Positions 12,324 through 25,852 of a DNA stretch of 64,000 nt are shown in pieces. This stretch comes from Kudoa neothunni (lineage: Eukaryota; Animalia; Cnidaria), in contig OZ199838.1 of the NCBI GenBank assembly GCA_964304625.1, positions 7,520,035-7,584,034 of the forward strand. The letters run 5' to 3'. The notes beneath the pieces were generated by a model. That model was not told the DNA's origin. It saw nothing but the letters and a program-made list of their open reading frames with translations, and made no database searches. Position numbers and translations under genes: made by a program. Within the stretch, counting starts at the first letter, position 1, and each line of letters opens with the position of its first letter.

Positions 12324-13232
12324 GGTTAAAGTTCAGTTCCTCCCCCCTTCGGCGTGCGCCGGTTACCCGCCATCGGTACTAATCGGGGTTCCGGCTGTTT
12401 ACATTTTCCGGAGTATGCTTTCTGCAATCATCAATTATGAAAATTTAATTATTTTTTAGATTTTATTTTATTGTAAAAATCTATATAATTATGTCTTTTT
12501 CCAATCGTCAACGAATAAATATCTAGTAAATTACGGCATTGTTAAGTTTATTTTAATTAGTGGTAAGTGTTAACCTATTATTTTTTAGAATTATTATATA
12601 TATATTTATCAAATAATTTAAGTTTTTCTATAAAATAACAAAATCTTCCAAAAATTAAGTTAAAAAGATTATTTTACATTAACATAGTCTCATTAGGATA
12701 CAATTAAAAAAGAAATGGCATGATATGTGATTTTTATCCATCTAAAAACTATTAAAATTATATTAAGACACAAATATCATGAGTCGACATATTGTTTTAG
12801 TTTATACATTTTTTTAAAAAGAACATGTAAAATATACTATTTATCTTTAAAATGTAATCTTATTTTAGATTTTATACCGTTATCTATCATTTGTTTTAAA
12901 AAATAACAAATAAAATCAATAATTAATCAATAATATCTATGATACCATCCAAAATATTCGTTTATATATAATTCTTAAATTTAATGATAAAAACATAAAA
13001 TAACTTGTATCACATTATATTGTTATGCACATAAATTGACACCTTATTTTATAATTTTTTAACATTTCGAATAATACATATTATATTTTTGTCATTAGTA
13101 TATTTTGTTTAATTACGCCTAACTAAAGTAAACTAGACTTTATTGGGTTTATATGCTATAAAACGTGACCCGATTAGTACCGATGGCTGGTAACCGGCGG
13201 ACGCCGAAGGGGGGAGGAACTTAACTTTAACC
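12324..13232. mobile_element. Non-autonomous TIR element (MITE), probably Merlin-type
   Basis: ~64-bp GC-rich TIRs (GGTTAAAGTT.AGTTCCTCCCCCCTTCGGCGT...) with 3 mismatches; 8-bp TSD AAATAGTC (12316-12323) / AAATATTC (13233-13240); AT-rich non-coding interior. GG ends plus an 8-bp TSD fit Merlin. Confidence 0.85.
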
Positions 13233-13752
13233 AAATATTCTTTTAATAAACGTAAAGTGATGTTAATATGTTATACTAAAATGAAACATTGTTAACAAAC
13301 TTTTAGATTAGTTAACTCGTCGGCGGGTTAGTTAAAGTGATTAATATTCCCAATGAGTTGTAAAAACTTATGATTCCTCAATGAAAATAAGGTCCAATAA
13401 AGAAGAAAATGAAGATAATAGGATTTTTGCTGTTTATTTCGATCAACACTGTCGTCAAAAGAACGATAAAATAATTTCAATTGACTCTGAACTCCAATTG
13501 ACTTTGGCCTACTCAAGACTTAAGTCTGCGAGGGGGGGTTTGCGCTAGTTGAATTTATAAAGTCGACTGAAGGCAATTAATTGCACCAATTAATTTCTGA
13601 CTACCCTGTTGGGCAAAATTGATAATGCAACGCATTTTCACAACAAAAATTATTTTTTAAAAATAATCGTTAATATTATGGGGTTTCCACGTTATTTTGA
13701 CTATTTCTGTAATGATTGATTGTAAGGATTGCAACAAAAGTCAACATGTGCA

Positions 13753-13826
13753 CAATTAGTAGCAGAGCGGTGTGACATCATCGCCTCTTAGCTATGGCTC
13801 GGGGGTTCGAACCCCGCCCGAGGCTA
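13753..13826 (+). other. tRNA-derived pseudogene or SINE head
   Basis: A-box TAGCAGAGCGG (13760-13770) and B-box/T-arm GGGGTTCGAACCCC (13802-13815); no acceptor stem or clean anticodon arm. Confidence 0.5.
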
Positions 13827-15944
13827 ATCATTACATTATAATGTTTGTTCATTTTTATTTTTTCTTCAATATTTCTCTGGATACTAATCATTTTCGGTTC
13901 TTATTTAAAAGAATATTGACGATTAAAAGGATTAAAACCGACATTTTAATTTACACAATAGCAACAACATCAATTTTTACATTTGTTCCAATTTGTTTAC
14001 ATCTTATATAAAATTCAGCCAACAAAAATAGGTTTTTAATATCACGTATTATTATTTCCTTCCATATTAAGATAAAATTATAAAAAAATATGCTAAAATA
14101 TAACGAATTACGCAGTATCGAAAATTTACTAATTTACTGAGGTACTTTTTAAAATTCAGGATAAAATGGAGTAGTTTTACGCCGAAACATTTTTCTTCAA
14201 TAAAATCGTTTGTAATAAAAGGGAAATGGGGTTCGAAAAAATTATAATAATTTTATCATTTGATTTTAACTTAAAGTGGAAGCGTAATATTTTTATTTTG
14301 TTGCGCATACATATGCATATGCAATCCCAAAACTAAACTTAGGTTTTTATGGGGGTGACTGCCGCGATACTGATCCTGTCGACAATGCTTATTGCTTTTT
14401 CCGTAATAAATCATTAGATTAATCAAAACTGGTAGCCTCTGTTCAATCTGATCCCTTAATAGATAAAATTTAAACTTTATGTAAAATTTCCTAATCTATC
14501 ACCTTAAAAACTCCAGTGCAAAGACTAAAATATTATGTGAGTGTATTATTTTCTCCTTTCTTTAATAAAGTTTTAAATAACTTATTTGTATACTAAAAGT
14601 TCGAAAAGGTCAACGCAAGTATGAGATGACTTTAAAATATACAAATAAATCAATATATAGTCAGACCTGGCTATCGCGTGTTCAATGGGACTAGGAAGAA
14701 GCCACACAATATCGAGACATTATTGGGTAGGGTTGGAAAATTTTTGTGAAATTTTTTCCTTTAAAAATATACTTCAAAAGATTTTTAAAATCATTGAAGA
14801 ACTTACACATACCACCAGATAAACAAATATAGAATAAAATCAAAACTACGTAATAGCCAAATCAGACTCTATCCAGATTCTTCCAATAGCGCACATGCTA
14901 AGAATATTCTAATGTGTTTCATTTTGTTTCTGTCAATTCTATAATATTTTCTTGATCAAAGATGAGGGAACAAACAAACAATAATATTTCTCCCGGTTAA
15001 TTTTATTATAAAAGTGGATAAAAATATTTTTAAGATCAAATAATTGTGATTTTTAACTTGTTTTCCTGTTCTATAAAAGCAAAAAAGAAATTATTATATA
15101 ATGGATGTATTATTAGGATATATATTTCATAGAATATTTTATTGTTATTAATTTTCATGTATACTGTCTATTATTTAGTACATCCTAAATATGCTGTTTT
15201 ATTGACGTGACGTCATTATAAATATGTTAAGATTTTTCTATTTATCTATATAGACTAAAATTTTAATTTTAGCGTCGTTCTTTGTCATTGGTGTCTTTGT
15301 AAGCACAATGGATCCTTCGTATGATCGTAACAAACAATGACTGCATACATGGTCAATTTAGTGGTAAAATGTCAACTAATTTATTTAATAATTGTTAATT
15401 TATTGTTATATGTATGTATGTATGAAATTAAAATTTTAATACGAACTCTGTTTTAGTAGATATTCCGATTCGTTGAAATAGCCACTGCCATTAAAGAATC
15501 TGGGTTATTTTCAGTGCTGAACACAAATCATACTTGAACGTTAGTATTGTATAATTTTTACTTGTTTCAAAACTTTAAATTAGGTCGATATCAATTTTAT
15601 ATAATTTAAGGGAATTTAAAGCTTTCAACAACAAAATTCTGCGCCAACTAAAAAGCTGATTTCTTCCCTAACAAAAATATACAAAATTGAATAAGAATGT
15701 AAACGTTGGATATATATATACTCTTTTATACTTGACTTATGCTCGATATTAGTCGTTTTGTGTCGTGTCTTGCAAAAGTGTTTCTATTATGGCGCTAACC
15801 AGGATGAGTGCGAAACAGGATACAGCGGGAGACTCAATGAATGAGGGAGCCGAGACAACAGTAAGCATATAAATGAACCGGTCAAGAATAACAAAATTAT
15901 AAGATTTTAACGGTGTTGAGCGGTAATTTTCGGAGGCGGGATTA

Positions 15945-18426
15945 ATGCCGAAACTGAAGTTATTGGATAAGTCAATTTCAAGTGCAATAAGGCATCAACA
16001 AATTGTGCTAAATGTTACATCCGCTGTCAAAGAGTTGATAGAAAATAGTATCGACGCAGGATCAACTCACGTCGATGTATGCCTAAAACATTATGGCTTG
16101 GATTCGATTGAGGTTTCCGATAATGGAACTGGAATACATGACGATGATCTAGAGAATTTTTCACAAAAAAATTTTACATCTAAAATTTTAGCACTCGGAG
16201 ATCTTGAACATTTGACCACATTTGGATTTCGAGGAGAGGCTATTAATTCGCTGTGTTCAATGGGCACACTCCGTTGCATAACTAGGCATCAAAGTGTCGA
16301 CCATGCGAACGATATAACGTATGATAAACAAGGCGGGATTGTAAGCAAAACACCCACTGCGCGAGATGTGGGAACTACAGTTATAGTGGGCGAGCTTTTT
16401 AATGGTGTGCCTGTTAGAAGGCGTGAACTTGAGAAAAATATCAAAAATGATTATTCAAAAGTGCTTCGACTGCTGGAAGCTTTTTCGATATTGAATCCAA
16501 ATTGTTCATTTTTTTGCTCCAATTGGATCAAAAACAACAAAACAAAGGGAACCTTGCAAAAATTGACAGTGTTAAATGTCCAAAAAAGCGATTCCTTGTG
16601 GGGTAGAATGAAAGATATATTCGGAGAACAACAAGTGATATTAGTTGATACTTCCTAAATTATCAAACAACAATTTCTCTTTAGCTAGCAGATTTATCTT
16701 CCATTGACCATAAAGAAATTTTGGGACAAGAAGATCATTCCCAAAACTCTGGTTCATCGAGTTCGACTCAACAGTTAGACAATGCACAAATTATAGTATC
16801 GTTTCATGGTAGGTTATTTCTCATATGTCATTTGTTTCTAAAGAGTACCACGATTATATTAGGCTACATTTCCAACATAAATGGCAAGAGTTCTAAATTT
16901 CACAAAAATTCTCAATACCTATACATAAACAATCGTTGTTGTAGTCAATCCAAATTTGTCAAAGTTATCAATCAAGTGTACCAACAATGCTCGTGTTCGA
17001 ATCGTCTACCATTCCTAGTGTTATTTGTTACTTTGCCTGATGGTACCCACAAAGAAGTTTTACTTTCAATAACTTATCTAATCTAGGTATGGTTGACGTA
17101 AATGTGAGCACTCAAAAAGATATTTTTATTTTGAAGAAAGAGAAACAATTATTATGCAGTTTAAAAAAATACATTGAACAGTTGTTGGGTGATCAGCAGT
17201 CTCTAATTTGTTCTCAGTTAAGTTTACCACAGACTATTAATATTGAGGATATTGGTGAAACATTTTTCCAACCTAAAGTTGCAAAACTTGAAAATTCTCT
17301 TGCCGAAAAATGCAGCCCTAAATTCGATTCCAACATTCAAGATAATATAAAATTATTCGCACCTTTGAAAGTAGCAGCCATCGAAAGTGACACAATCATT
17401 GATCCAAAGTTGGTTGTGTCATTGGAGAATATCGAGGAAAGTGTTTATTGCAAATCTTCTGGTGACGGGAAAAGCAGAGATGAACCCAATTTCACTTCGA
17501 CAACCTCATTTGAGGATTCACTTATTGAAAGAAAAAGACACTCAAGAGAGATTGTCTTTGACTGTGACGAATTTGAAAAATTCTGTGCTCATAATATACA
17601 TATTGATTTCAATGATTTCGTTTCTACAATTGATGGGGATAGTGAGTGTTCTCTAACTGGGAACCTCTCAAATATTCTAAATTTAACTTCAACGGATTCT
17701 GAAATGAGCATAAATGCGTGCTCCATGTCAAATGCCAATATTCATAACGCAATTTTTGCTAAAAGGTTTCATCGTGATTGGCTCAAACAAATGAATATTA
17801 TCGGGCAATTCAACCATGGTTTTATTGTGGCTGAATATGGACAAGCACTTTATATCATTGACCAACATGCGGCTGATGAAAAATTCAACTATGAACGTAT
17901 GAAAAACAACCTCAAAATTAACAGCCAACGACTGCTAAAACCCATGCCTTTAAAACTAACTCCGTTCCAAATCGATCAACTTGTATCCTATAGAGACCAC
18001 CTATCGAAAATTGGGTTAGAGTTTCAAATTGATGGAGACAATCGTGTGGCTTGTATTTGTGCCATTCCTTTTATCAATGGGTCTTTTCTTTTTAATAGTA
18101 ATGAGGTGATCGAATTGCTGGAACAATTCTCACAGTCTATGTACAATATCGACTGGTTCACTTCAAACGATACTGACGCCATTGAGGGAGATATGGAGAA
18201 ATTAAACAATCTTACACAACGCGACAAAATCGTTGATGGTTCTACACTCTACTCCAAAAAAATAAATCATGTTATTGCTACTAAAGCGTGTCGTTCTTCT
18301 ATCATGATTGGAAAACCTTTAACCCACCATGCCATGCGGAAAATTGTGAACAATTTGGCCAAGCTTAAACAACCTTGGAATTGCCCGCATGGGAGGCCCA
18401 CTATGAGACATTTATTAAACCTTTGA
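15945..18426 (+). CDS. PMS2: Mismatch repair endonuclease PMS2 (MutL family), 4 exons
   Basis: GHKL ATPase motifs KELIENSIDAG, DNGTG, TFGFRGEA; endonuclease motifs DQHAADEKFNYE, ACR and CPHGRP. Introns 16635-16684, 16809-16862 and 17043-17086. Confidence 0.95.
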
Positions 18427-18750
18427 TTTATTCATTTGATCTTGTTTTTTCTTAAAATAAATTTTCTGACATTTCAAATTTTGTCTCCAATGCTTGCTTT
18501 GCTAATGCGTTTATGCAGTAGATATTTTACATTCAAACCTTTGCCTCTGTGCATATAAATAAATTGTTATTAAATTCAACACACATTTAAGGTTAAAAAT
18601 ATATTGTTTCTAAGTCAAAATTGATTGTCTATTCCCCCGCTTGTTCCCAGCGTGATGTTATCCGTCTCTGTCCTCTGAGGGCTAGTGAAGCCTAGTGTGG
18701 TAAACGTTCAAATCTATAAATTTAAATCTGTACTATTTAAACAATGGTGG

Positions 18751-21700
18751 GGATCACATTTGATATCTGCCCATATAATCCTATAACATTATCGAGATTA
18801 ACGGCTGAGCTAATCGTTTGTTTACCACCGCTAACACTAATACCGCACCATCTGGATTACTGAATCACAAATACGATATATAAGTATAAGTCGCTATTTA
18901 CAAACAAACCACACTTCAATGATTGCACCAAGAAAGACATTCAAGAAAGTTTTCAGTGAAGAGAAAAATTCAGTTAATTATCTCATTTAATGCGGTGGAA
19001 TCAGATTTTCGATCCACAGAAAAAATTGGCAATATTGTGCGAAGTCTTGAGGAAAGAATTCTCCATTTTTGACTATACAATCTTCAAAAATATGAAGTAT
19101 AAAGTTAACGATTTCATGGAGTTGGTTTATTATTGGCTAGTGGATGTAACAACCCTTAACTTGATCACTATAACTGGCCACACTTTTCAAACTATCCCAT
19201 ACTACTCGCACTAACTCAGACAGATGATGGCCGACAGTTTAGGATTCGAGGACATCATAATTGGAGGAGGAAACGCAATCGTAGAAATTGATGAGTCGAA
19301 GTTTGGTAAAATAAAGCACAGCAAAGGCCATGGTGTTAACCCTTAGACACTACCCCTGGGCTCCACAAGCTCACTTTCGAATAAAACTCGCTTTAAATTC
19401 GTCAATTTTAATCATTTTTACACCGGATTTCACGTAAATTTATAAAAAATTGTTTTCCATAACTTTTTAAAATATCAGAAAAATTTTTTCCTGCATATTA
19501 AGCTGTTTGAGATACAGGTGAGCTCATTGTTACGTAAACAAATAACAAATCCGGCCATTTTTAATCCCAAATATTGACAGGATTTTGCATTATTTTTCTG
19601 TTTATAGATGATATTGACATTACAAACGAATGCACCCTAATGGATGAAAATAGTATAAGTTCCACTTCTTATATTTCAAAAGATAAATCTTTAGTCTGGT
19701 CTCCAAAATCCATACCTGGACGAACTACCAATCAAAATATTATCAATAATAACCTAGAGGAAAGAAAACCTATTGAAACATTGGACACAACAACTATATT
19801 GAGCTCATTTTCGCATTTTATAAGAGACGAGATTCTCGAAGAAATTTTATTGTTCGTAAACCGTAAAGGTTTTGAAAAATATAATGATTCATGGAAACGC
19901 CTAGATTGCATCGAATTAAAAGCTTTCTTAGGATTGCTGTTATTAGCTTGAGCCTATAAATCAAACCTAGAGAGTACCAGGATTCTGTGGCATGAAATTC
20001 ACGGAAGACCATTATTTAGCGCCACTATGAGTGAAATTAGATTTCAAAGAATCTTAAATTGCTTGCGCTTTGATGAATATTGGAGGCGTAAAAAGTTCCA
20101 AAATTCAGCTGATAAATTTTCCCCCGTCAGTAAACTGCTTGAAAATTTTTCTCAAATCTGTAGGAATAGTTATACCCTTGACCTAATTTTACCATAGATG
20201 AACAACTATATCCATTCCAAGGACGTGCATCATTTCTTGTTTATATGTCAAGAAAACCATCCAAATGTGGGTTAAAATTTTGGATCGTGTGTGATAGTCA
20301 AACACGTGATGTACCCAACGTTTTACCTTAATTGGGTAAAATTGATGCGTGCTGTGAAACAAATCTAAGTTTTAAAGTTGTCATTGATTTGACTTAACAT
20401 TTGTTGGACTCGGGAAGAACTATTACATGTGATAATTACTTCATTTCCTGGAAGCTAGCTCTATATCTACGAGAAAGAAAAACGTCCATTCTTGGTACGG
20501 TATGCAAATGTCGAACATTTATTCCACCTGAATTTCAACCAAATAACTCTTGAAAGATATTTTCATCCTTATTTGGTTTCTATAAGTCATTTACCCTAAT
20601 TTCTTATATACCGAGGAAAAACAAGACTGTAATAATTCTTTCTTCAGAGCATTGTACTCCAAGTATTAGTTCAGAGTACCATCGTAAACCAAAAGCAATC
20701 TTGGATTATAATGTACAGAAATGTGGCATTGCCACTTTGGATCAATGTGTTTCCATCTACACATGTAAAAATGTAAACGATGGCCGTTCGTTGTATTTTG
20801 TCAAACACTTGATATTGCTGCGTTCAATGCATTTGTTGTCTTTATTCATGGCAATCCCGATTATTAAGGTACAATTAAGTTAAATCGTCGCCAACAATTT
20901 CTCATGGATTTGTCCATGTCAGTAATTAAGCCCGAACAGGAAAGGAGATATAAAATTGCATTTTTTTAACCAACCTGCTTTTAAAAGAACAATGGAAATA
21001 GTTGGTTTCGAATTTAACAAAGAAAGTGATCTTCCAGTGGAAAACCAAGAAAATAATCAAAGAAAACGATGCTGTTTGTGTCCTACCAGTATTGTACGTC
21101 GAAGCAAGCAAGTCTGTCACTTATGTGATCGAAGTGTTTGTAATGAACATTCAAAGAAAACCATTATTTGTTTAAACTGTGACTCTCAATAAAAATAATT
21201 TTAATGTATTTCTTGTCTATGATTTTTTATTGAATGATATGTGAATGTTTATAACGGTTGGAACATATGGTAGAAGTGAATTTGAAATAAATAATTATTA
21301 ATTTTGCTAACTAACTTAATAGAAATGATGATTAAAATACAAATAAATTAGAACTGACAACGAATAAATACATTTTAATAATATGAAACAGTATAATAAT
21401 TCCTGCTAAGTTTTTTTGTTATGCGTAATAGTAAAGTTTATCATACTACCTTTAACTATTATATTTTTGTTTATATATCATATATAATGTGACCTGCCAA
21501 TAGTAGAAGAGTTAATTTAAGATTAAATTATAATACTGCGTTCGACGTAAGTTAATCCCTGGGATCCAGGAGCACAGGGTTAATGGAGGATCGGTTCTTA
21601 GATGTGTCAAACCAGGCTCCATTATCATCAATGACTGTTTCAAAAGCTACGCCATGCTTCATAATTTCTACACTCATCTCACTGTTAACCACAGGATAGA

Positions 21701-21941
21701 ATATGTAGATAATGTTTCGGGAGCTCACATCAACATTATTGAAGATATTTGGGGTGCCATAAAATACCGAATATCTCCAAGAACTCGAACCTCATCAGGT
21801 AATAAGGATGAAACTGTTCGTATGGATGGCATTAATGAATTTCTTGGTGAGTTTCATTGGAGACGAAAAAATCAACATGACTTATGGAGTGGTTTTATAC
21901 AATCTCTAAAAATTAAACTACAATCAAACAACCCTTATTAA
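18751..21941 (+). mobile_element. Merlin (IS1595/ISXO2-like DDE) transposon copy 1, degenerate, interrupted by piggyBac copy 4; right terminus unresolved
   Basis: VEIDESKFGK...GHGVN reads in frame across the TTAA junction, then PGSIIINDCFKSY and HLTVNH...HINIIEDIWG. Left end GGATCACATTTGAT matches the terminus of Merlin copy 2. Confidence 0.85.
19340..21579 (+). mobile_element. piggyBac DNA transposon copy 4, degenerate
   Basis: TTAA at 19336-19339 and 21580-21583; ends CCCTTAG... / ...CACAGGG. Fragments ELKAFLGLLLL, IDEQL, CDNYF and C-terminal RCCLC...CHLCDRSVCNEH...CLNC. Confidence 0.92.
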
Positions 21942-22359
21942 CCTTTTTGTTGCGTTTTTTATAAAACTTATTTTTACAATAAATATAAGCACTCTTTTAT
22001 CGAGGATTAGGGAGACTTAGACCAAATTTCAGTAGTTCCATAATCATTCGCACATCAAAATAAGCCTGGTTAGTGTATATTTCTTGGGTAGTTAATGATT
22101 TCATACAAATAGAGCGTTCATAGTGTTTCGTTCTAGGCGATCCACGATGGGATTCCATAAATTATCAGGGGAGTCGATTCAAATTTATGATTTATAATAA
22201 GGCAGTGGATTGCGTTAGAAACATATCATCATGATGAAAATTCCCACAAATATATTGATAATAATCAGTATTTACGTTTATAGCTATGAGAGTTTCATGG
22301 TTCGAATAAGTAAATTTAATATATGATTTTACTGTTATTATTATTATTATTCAAGTATC

Positions 22360-23580
22360 GGAAACTGTTGGTCGAAGACCGGAACTTATTGTTGAAGTTA
22401 GTTCGAAACGAGTGGTAATATCAAATAAAATTTATCAAAGTCTAAAGCTACCCAATTATTTCTCAACTACCAATTTAAAAATTGAATTGTATTCAAATGT
22501 GGTTTAAACTTTATAGAATAATTCCAATTTTTACGTGTTTTTAGGATATATTTTTATTTACTATTTCATTCGATTTGACCAAAGAAATTTTCAATCAATC
22601 TCCATATTATACAGTTTCATCATTAATCATGAAGTCTTTTAGTGGTTGTTGCTCTTATGGAATATATTTTTTACTATAGGAAAAACCATTCTATAAATGT
22701 GCTCGAAAAGAAAATCGATTATCGCTATTCAAGCTATATTGTCAATGATGTTAACAAATTCAAACTGTGGATAAATAAAAAAGAGACGTTATTGTTTGAT
22801 GCGATTGATGATGAAAGACAATTGGCAAAATTCCACAAAATAACCACAATCATTGAGGAATCTCTTCTTAAGCGTATGTAAAAATCGTTGTTTATTTTAA
22901 TTTTGGCTTAAGGGAAATACTCTACAAGACATATGGTTACTTCGGATGAAGTTATCACGACACCGGCTATTGATATAGATAAAAATCTAACAATTTTTCG
23001 AGAGTAAATATTTTAGATACAACCATTTAAATTCTTGTAGAATTTTTATGAATATGTCAAAATATATTGGAAATGTCTACATAAACAATACTCAACAAAT
23101 CCTGCAACCAAATGAATTGAAATCAGTACTATTTCTTGTGTGAAACCCATCATATTTATACATCCAATATAGTTTTATCAGAAATTAATTAAAGATAATT
23201 CGATTGTGTTTGAACCATTATCACCAACAACAACGATCAATGAACTTCGCAGGCGTATAGAGTCAGACATAAGTTCACTGTCATTAGAGTTAAATGTAAA
23301 ATGAATGTTATATAATTGTCTTCTACTAGGAATTTTATCACTAGGGATTAATAAGGGAAATTGAATCAATGGTTTCCAGACACAAATACAACCCAAATAT
23401 TGATGTGGTAACCAGAATATTTAAGACGCATTATTCTTCATTTGTTGTAAGAATCTTGAAAACATTGTTAACCTTATGGGAAATATTTCAAACATTCCAA
23501 AAACATTAAAAATTCATCCTGAATTTTTACCAAACACCCCATTAGATACAGAAAACAGCTACATATTTACAAGATTCAAT
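22360..23580 (+). CDS. Possible spliced gene or pseudogene of unknown function
   Basis: Protein-like open stretches (e.g. KNHSINVLEKKIDYRY...IEESLLK) separated by ~40-nt GT-AG segments. No recognisable domain; boundaries approximate. Confidence 0.3.
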
Positions 23581-25852
23581 ATGAATTATGAAAGTATTTT
23601 TACTTTGCTAATTAAATTTTTTTCTATCTAATTATATTAATATTAAAAACATTAAATTTTTATAATAACTACTCAAAAAAGATTTCAAACCAATAATAAA
23701 GACAAAACTTAAATAAAACTCAGCCCTTTAATCTCTAATAACATAAAAAATCTATATTCCACAACCGGCTATTTGAAAAGCATCCGTTTCACTCTGCGAT
23801 TGAACAATTTGATACACTCATAACTGAAACATAAAAACTTTTACTCAGAAGAATGGCGCAAAAATTCAGTTTAAGCATTATTTTCTTTTAATAGATGACC
23901 TAATGATTTTTGGATTTGGTGGGCGAATTTTGTCACATTAAATCGGTGTTTAAAAAGCGTCTACATGAATATGTTATTAATATTTTGATTAATTTGAATA
24001 TTTTTTTTAATATAATAGTATCTGGACATTTTAAGGGAATTGTAATAACGAACATTAATCTGAAGTGTCTGTATTGAACGTATCCCAACAAAAATTGAAA
24101 TCCTTTTAGAAGAATCTTAAAAGCTCTAGGTTGGATAAATACTGAATATAAATTTTTCATTCAAAATAAATTTTAAATAAAGATAATTTAAAATAGAAAG
24201 AATTGAATGTTTTGATCCTAGGTAAGGGATCAAATTGTATCAAGTATTATTCTTTCTTCACGCAAAGCCTCAAAAAATCTGTCGTTTTTTATTCATTTAA
24301 AAATATACATATAGATTTTAATAAAAAAAAATATAAAATTAATAACAAAGGGTTTTTTAATTTTTCTTGATAATTGTTATTATTTAAAAGTAATATGACC
24401 AATAATTCCGTCAATGTGAAAAATAGTTTAAAGCTGGAACTTAACCAAAAGTCTAATCGCACCATATATTTTGGAATTAGAAACAAATTCGTAAACGATT
24501 TAAAGTTTTTTAAGGTTTAAATATGTTATTATTATATCGTTATTTGCATACAACTAATCATTTTACAATCTTATATTTTTCCTAATCCAATATTGGATGA
24601 CAGTTTATATTTATTCCGGAAAATCTAGAATGGAAGTAATAAATTCCCAGAAATTAATTATTACGATACAATGACTATAAAAATTTTGCTAAATTATCTA
24701 AAACTAAACAAAAATTTTTTAAAGGATTCATAAACACTTAACTTACATATACAGAAAAATTAAAAAAGCAAACGTAATTTAGAAATTAATATGTAATTTC
24801 GGAAAAGGTTAAAGAATAAACATTCATACACCAGAAATAAAATATAATAGCCTTCTGAAATATAATAATATTCTTACTTATTTAATAATAGCATAAATAA
24901 TTTTTTTACATTTTAGAAGGGGAGAGTTAACTGTAAAAAATAAAGTATGCTAATTGGTATTTTTAAGATCAAGCTGCATATACATATTTACATTATACAT
25001 GGTATATAATAATATAAATAACGCTTCAATTTGATAAAGTTTTTTCTCGATATAAAAGGGATATAGATTTTGATGTATACAAAAATTATTACGTGCGTTT
25101 AATATAAATATCCAAACTATAATGTTGTTGTTTAAGCTTTCGACCGTTAAAATTTATTTTCTTGCTTCCAGTTCTGATGTGAATGTAAATAAAAACATTA
25201 ATTAAACAGGATGTAGAAAAGTTCGTAACAAGCGGGCCGTCACCCGCTGGTTTATAACGATATTTTATTTATTGATTCTTTCAAGTTTATATTATCTATC
25301 AACAAACTTAAATAACAATATTTCTTAATTTAAATTTATATAAATTTCTACTTATTGGTCTGTGTAAACAAAAAAGAAGCTTAAAAAAACCTTCTAAGTT
25401 AATTGATGAAAAAACACGACTTTTCTAATGTTTATTTTTATCATAATTCTATTAACAAACATAAAAAGTTGCAGAAAATCCACTTAAAGTATATTTTATG
25501 GGCGAATTTCCGCACTGCCTCTAAAAAGTTATTGTATCTCATAATGTTCAATCATAATATTTTCCTTGGAATTTGATATATCAGTGGTGGTTTTCACCCA
25601 AAGTTAGACATTTATATAATTTTTCCATATTTTCAATTACAGGATTCTTTTTAAACTATAAAAGTTTTGCAAACTATAAATCTCGATGAGTGGACTAAAT
25701 ATCTAGTTGCATGAGACTTTAAGGATTTAAAATGAGAATTAATTAGAAAATCCTTATTCCATATTCATTAAAATAATTTGTTTATTTCTTAAATCGAAGT
25801 ATGATTGCCTAATCATTTGCTCTGGCCAATTTGAATTAATCTTCATTCATAG

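Noticed and set aside
14659-14720. Possible Tc1/pogo-like TIR start (TA-TAGTCAGACCTGGCTATCGCG)
   Set aside because: No matching inverted end or transposase found.
15795-15825. CAGGATGAGTGCGAAAC, hammerhead-like
   Set aside because: Core is not CTGATGA and there is no stem II; more likely part of the GC-richer PMS2 promoter region.
25225-25255. AGCGGG...CCCGCTGG hairpin as another Helitron end
   Set aside because: Ends in CTGG within the stem itself, and no 5' end was identified.
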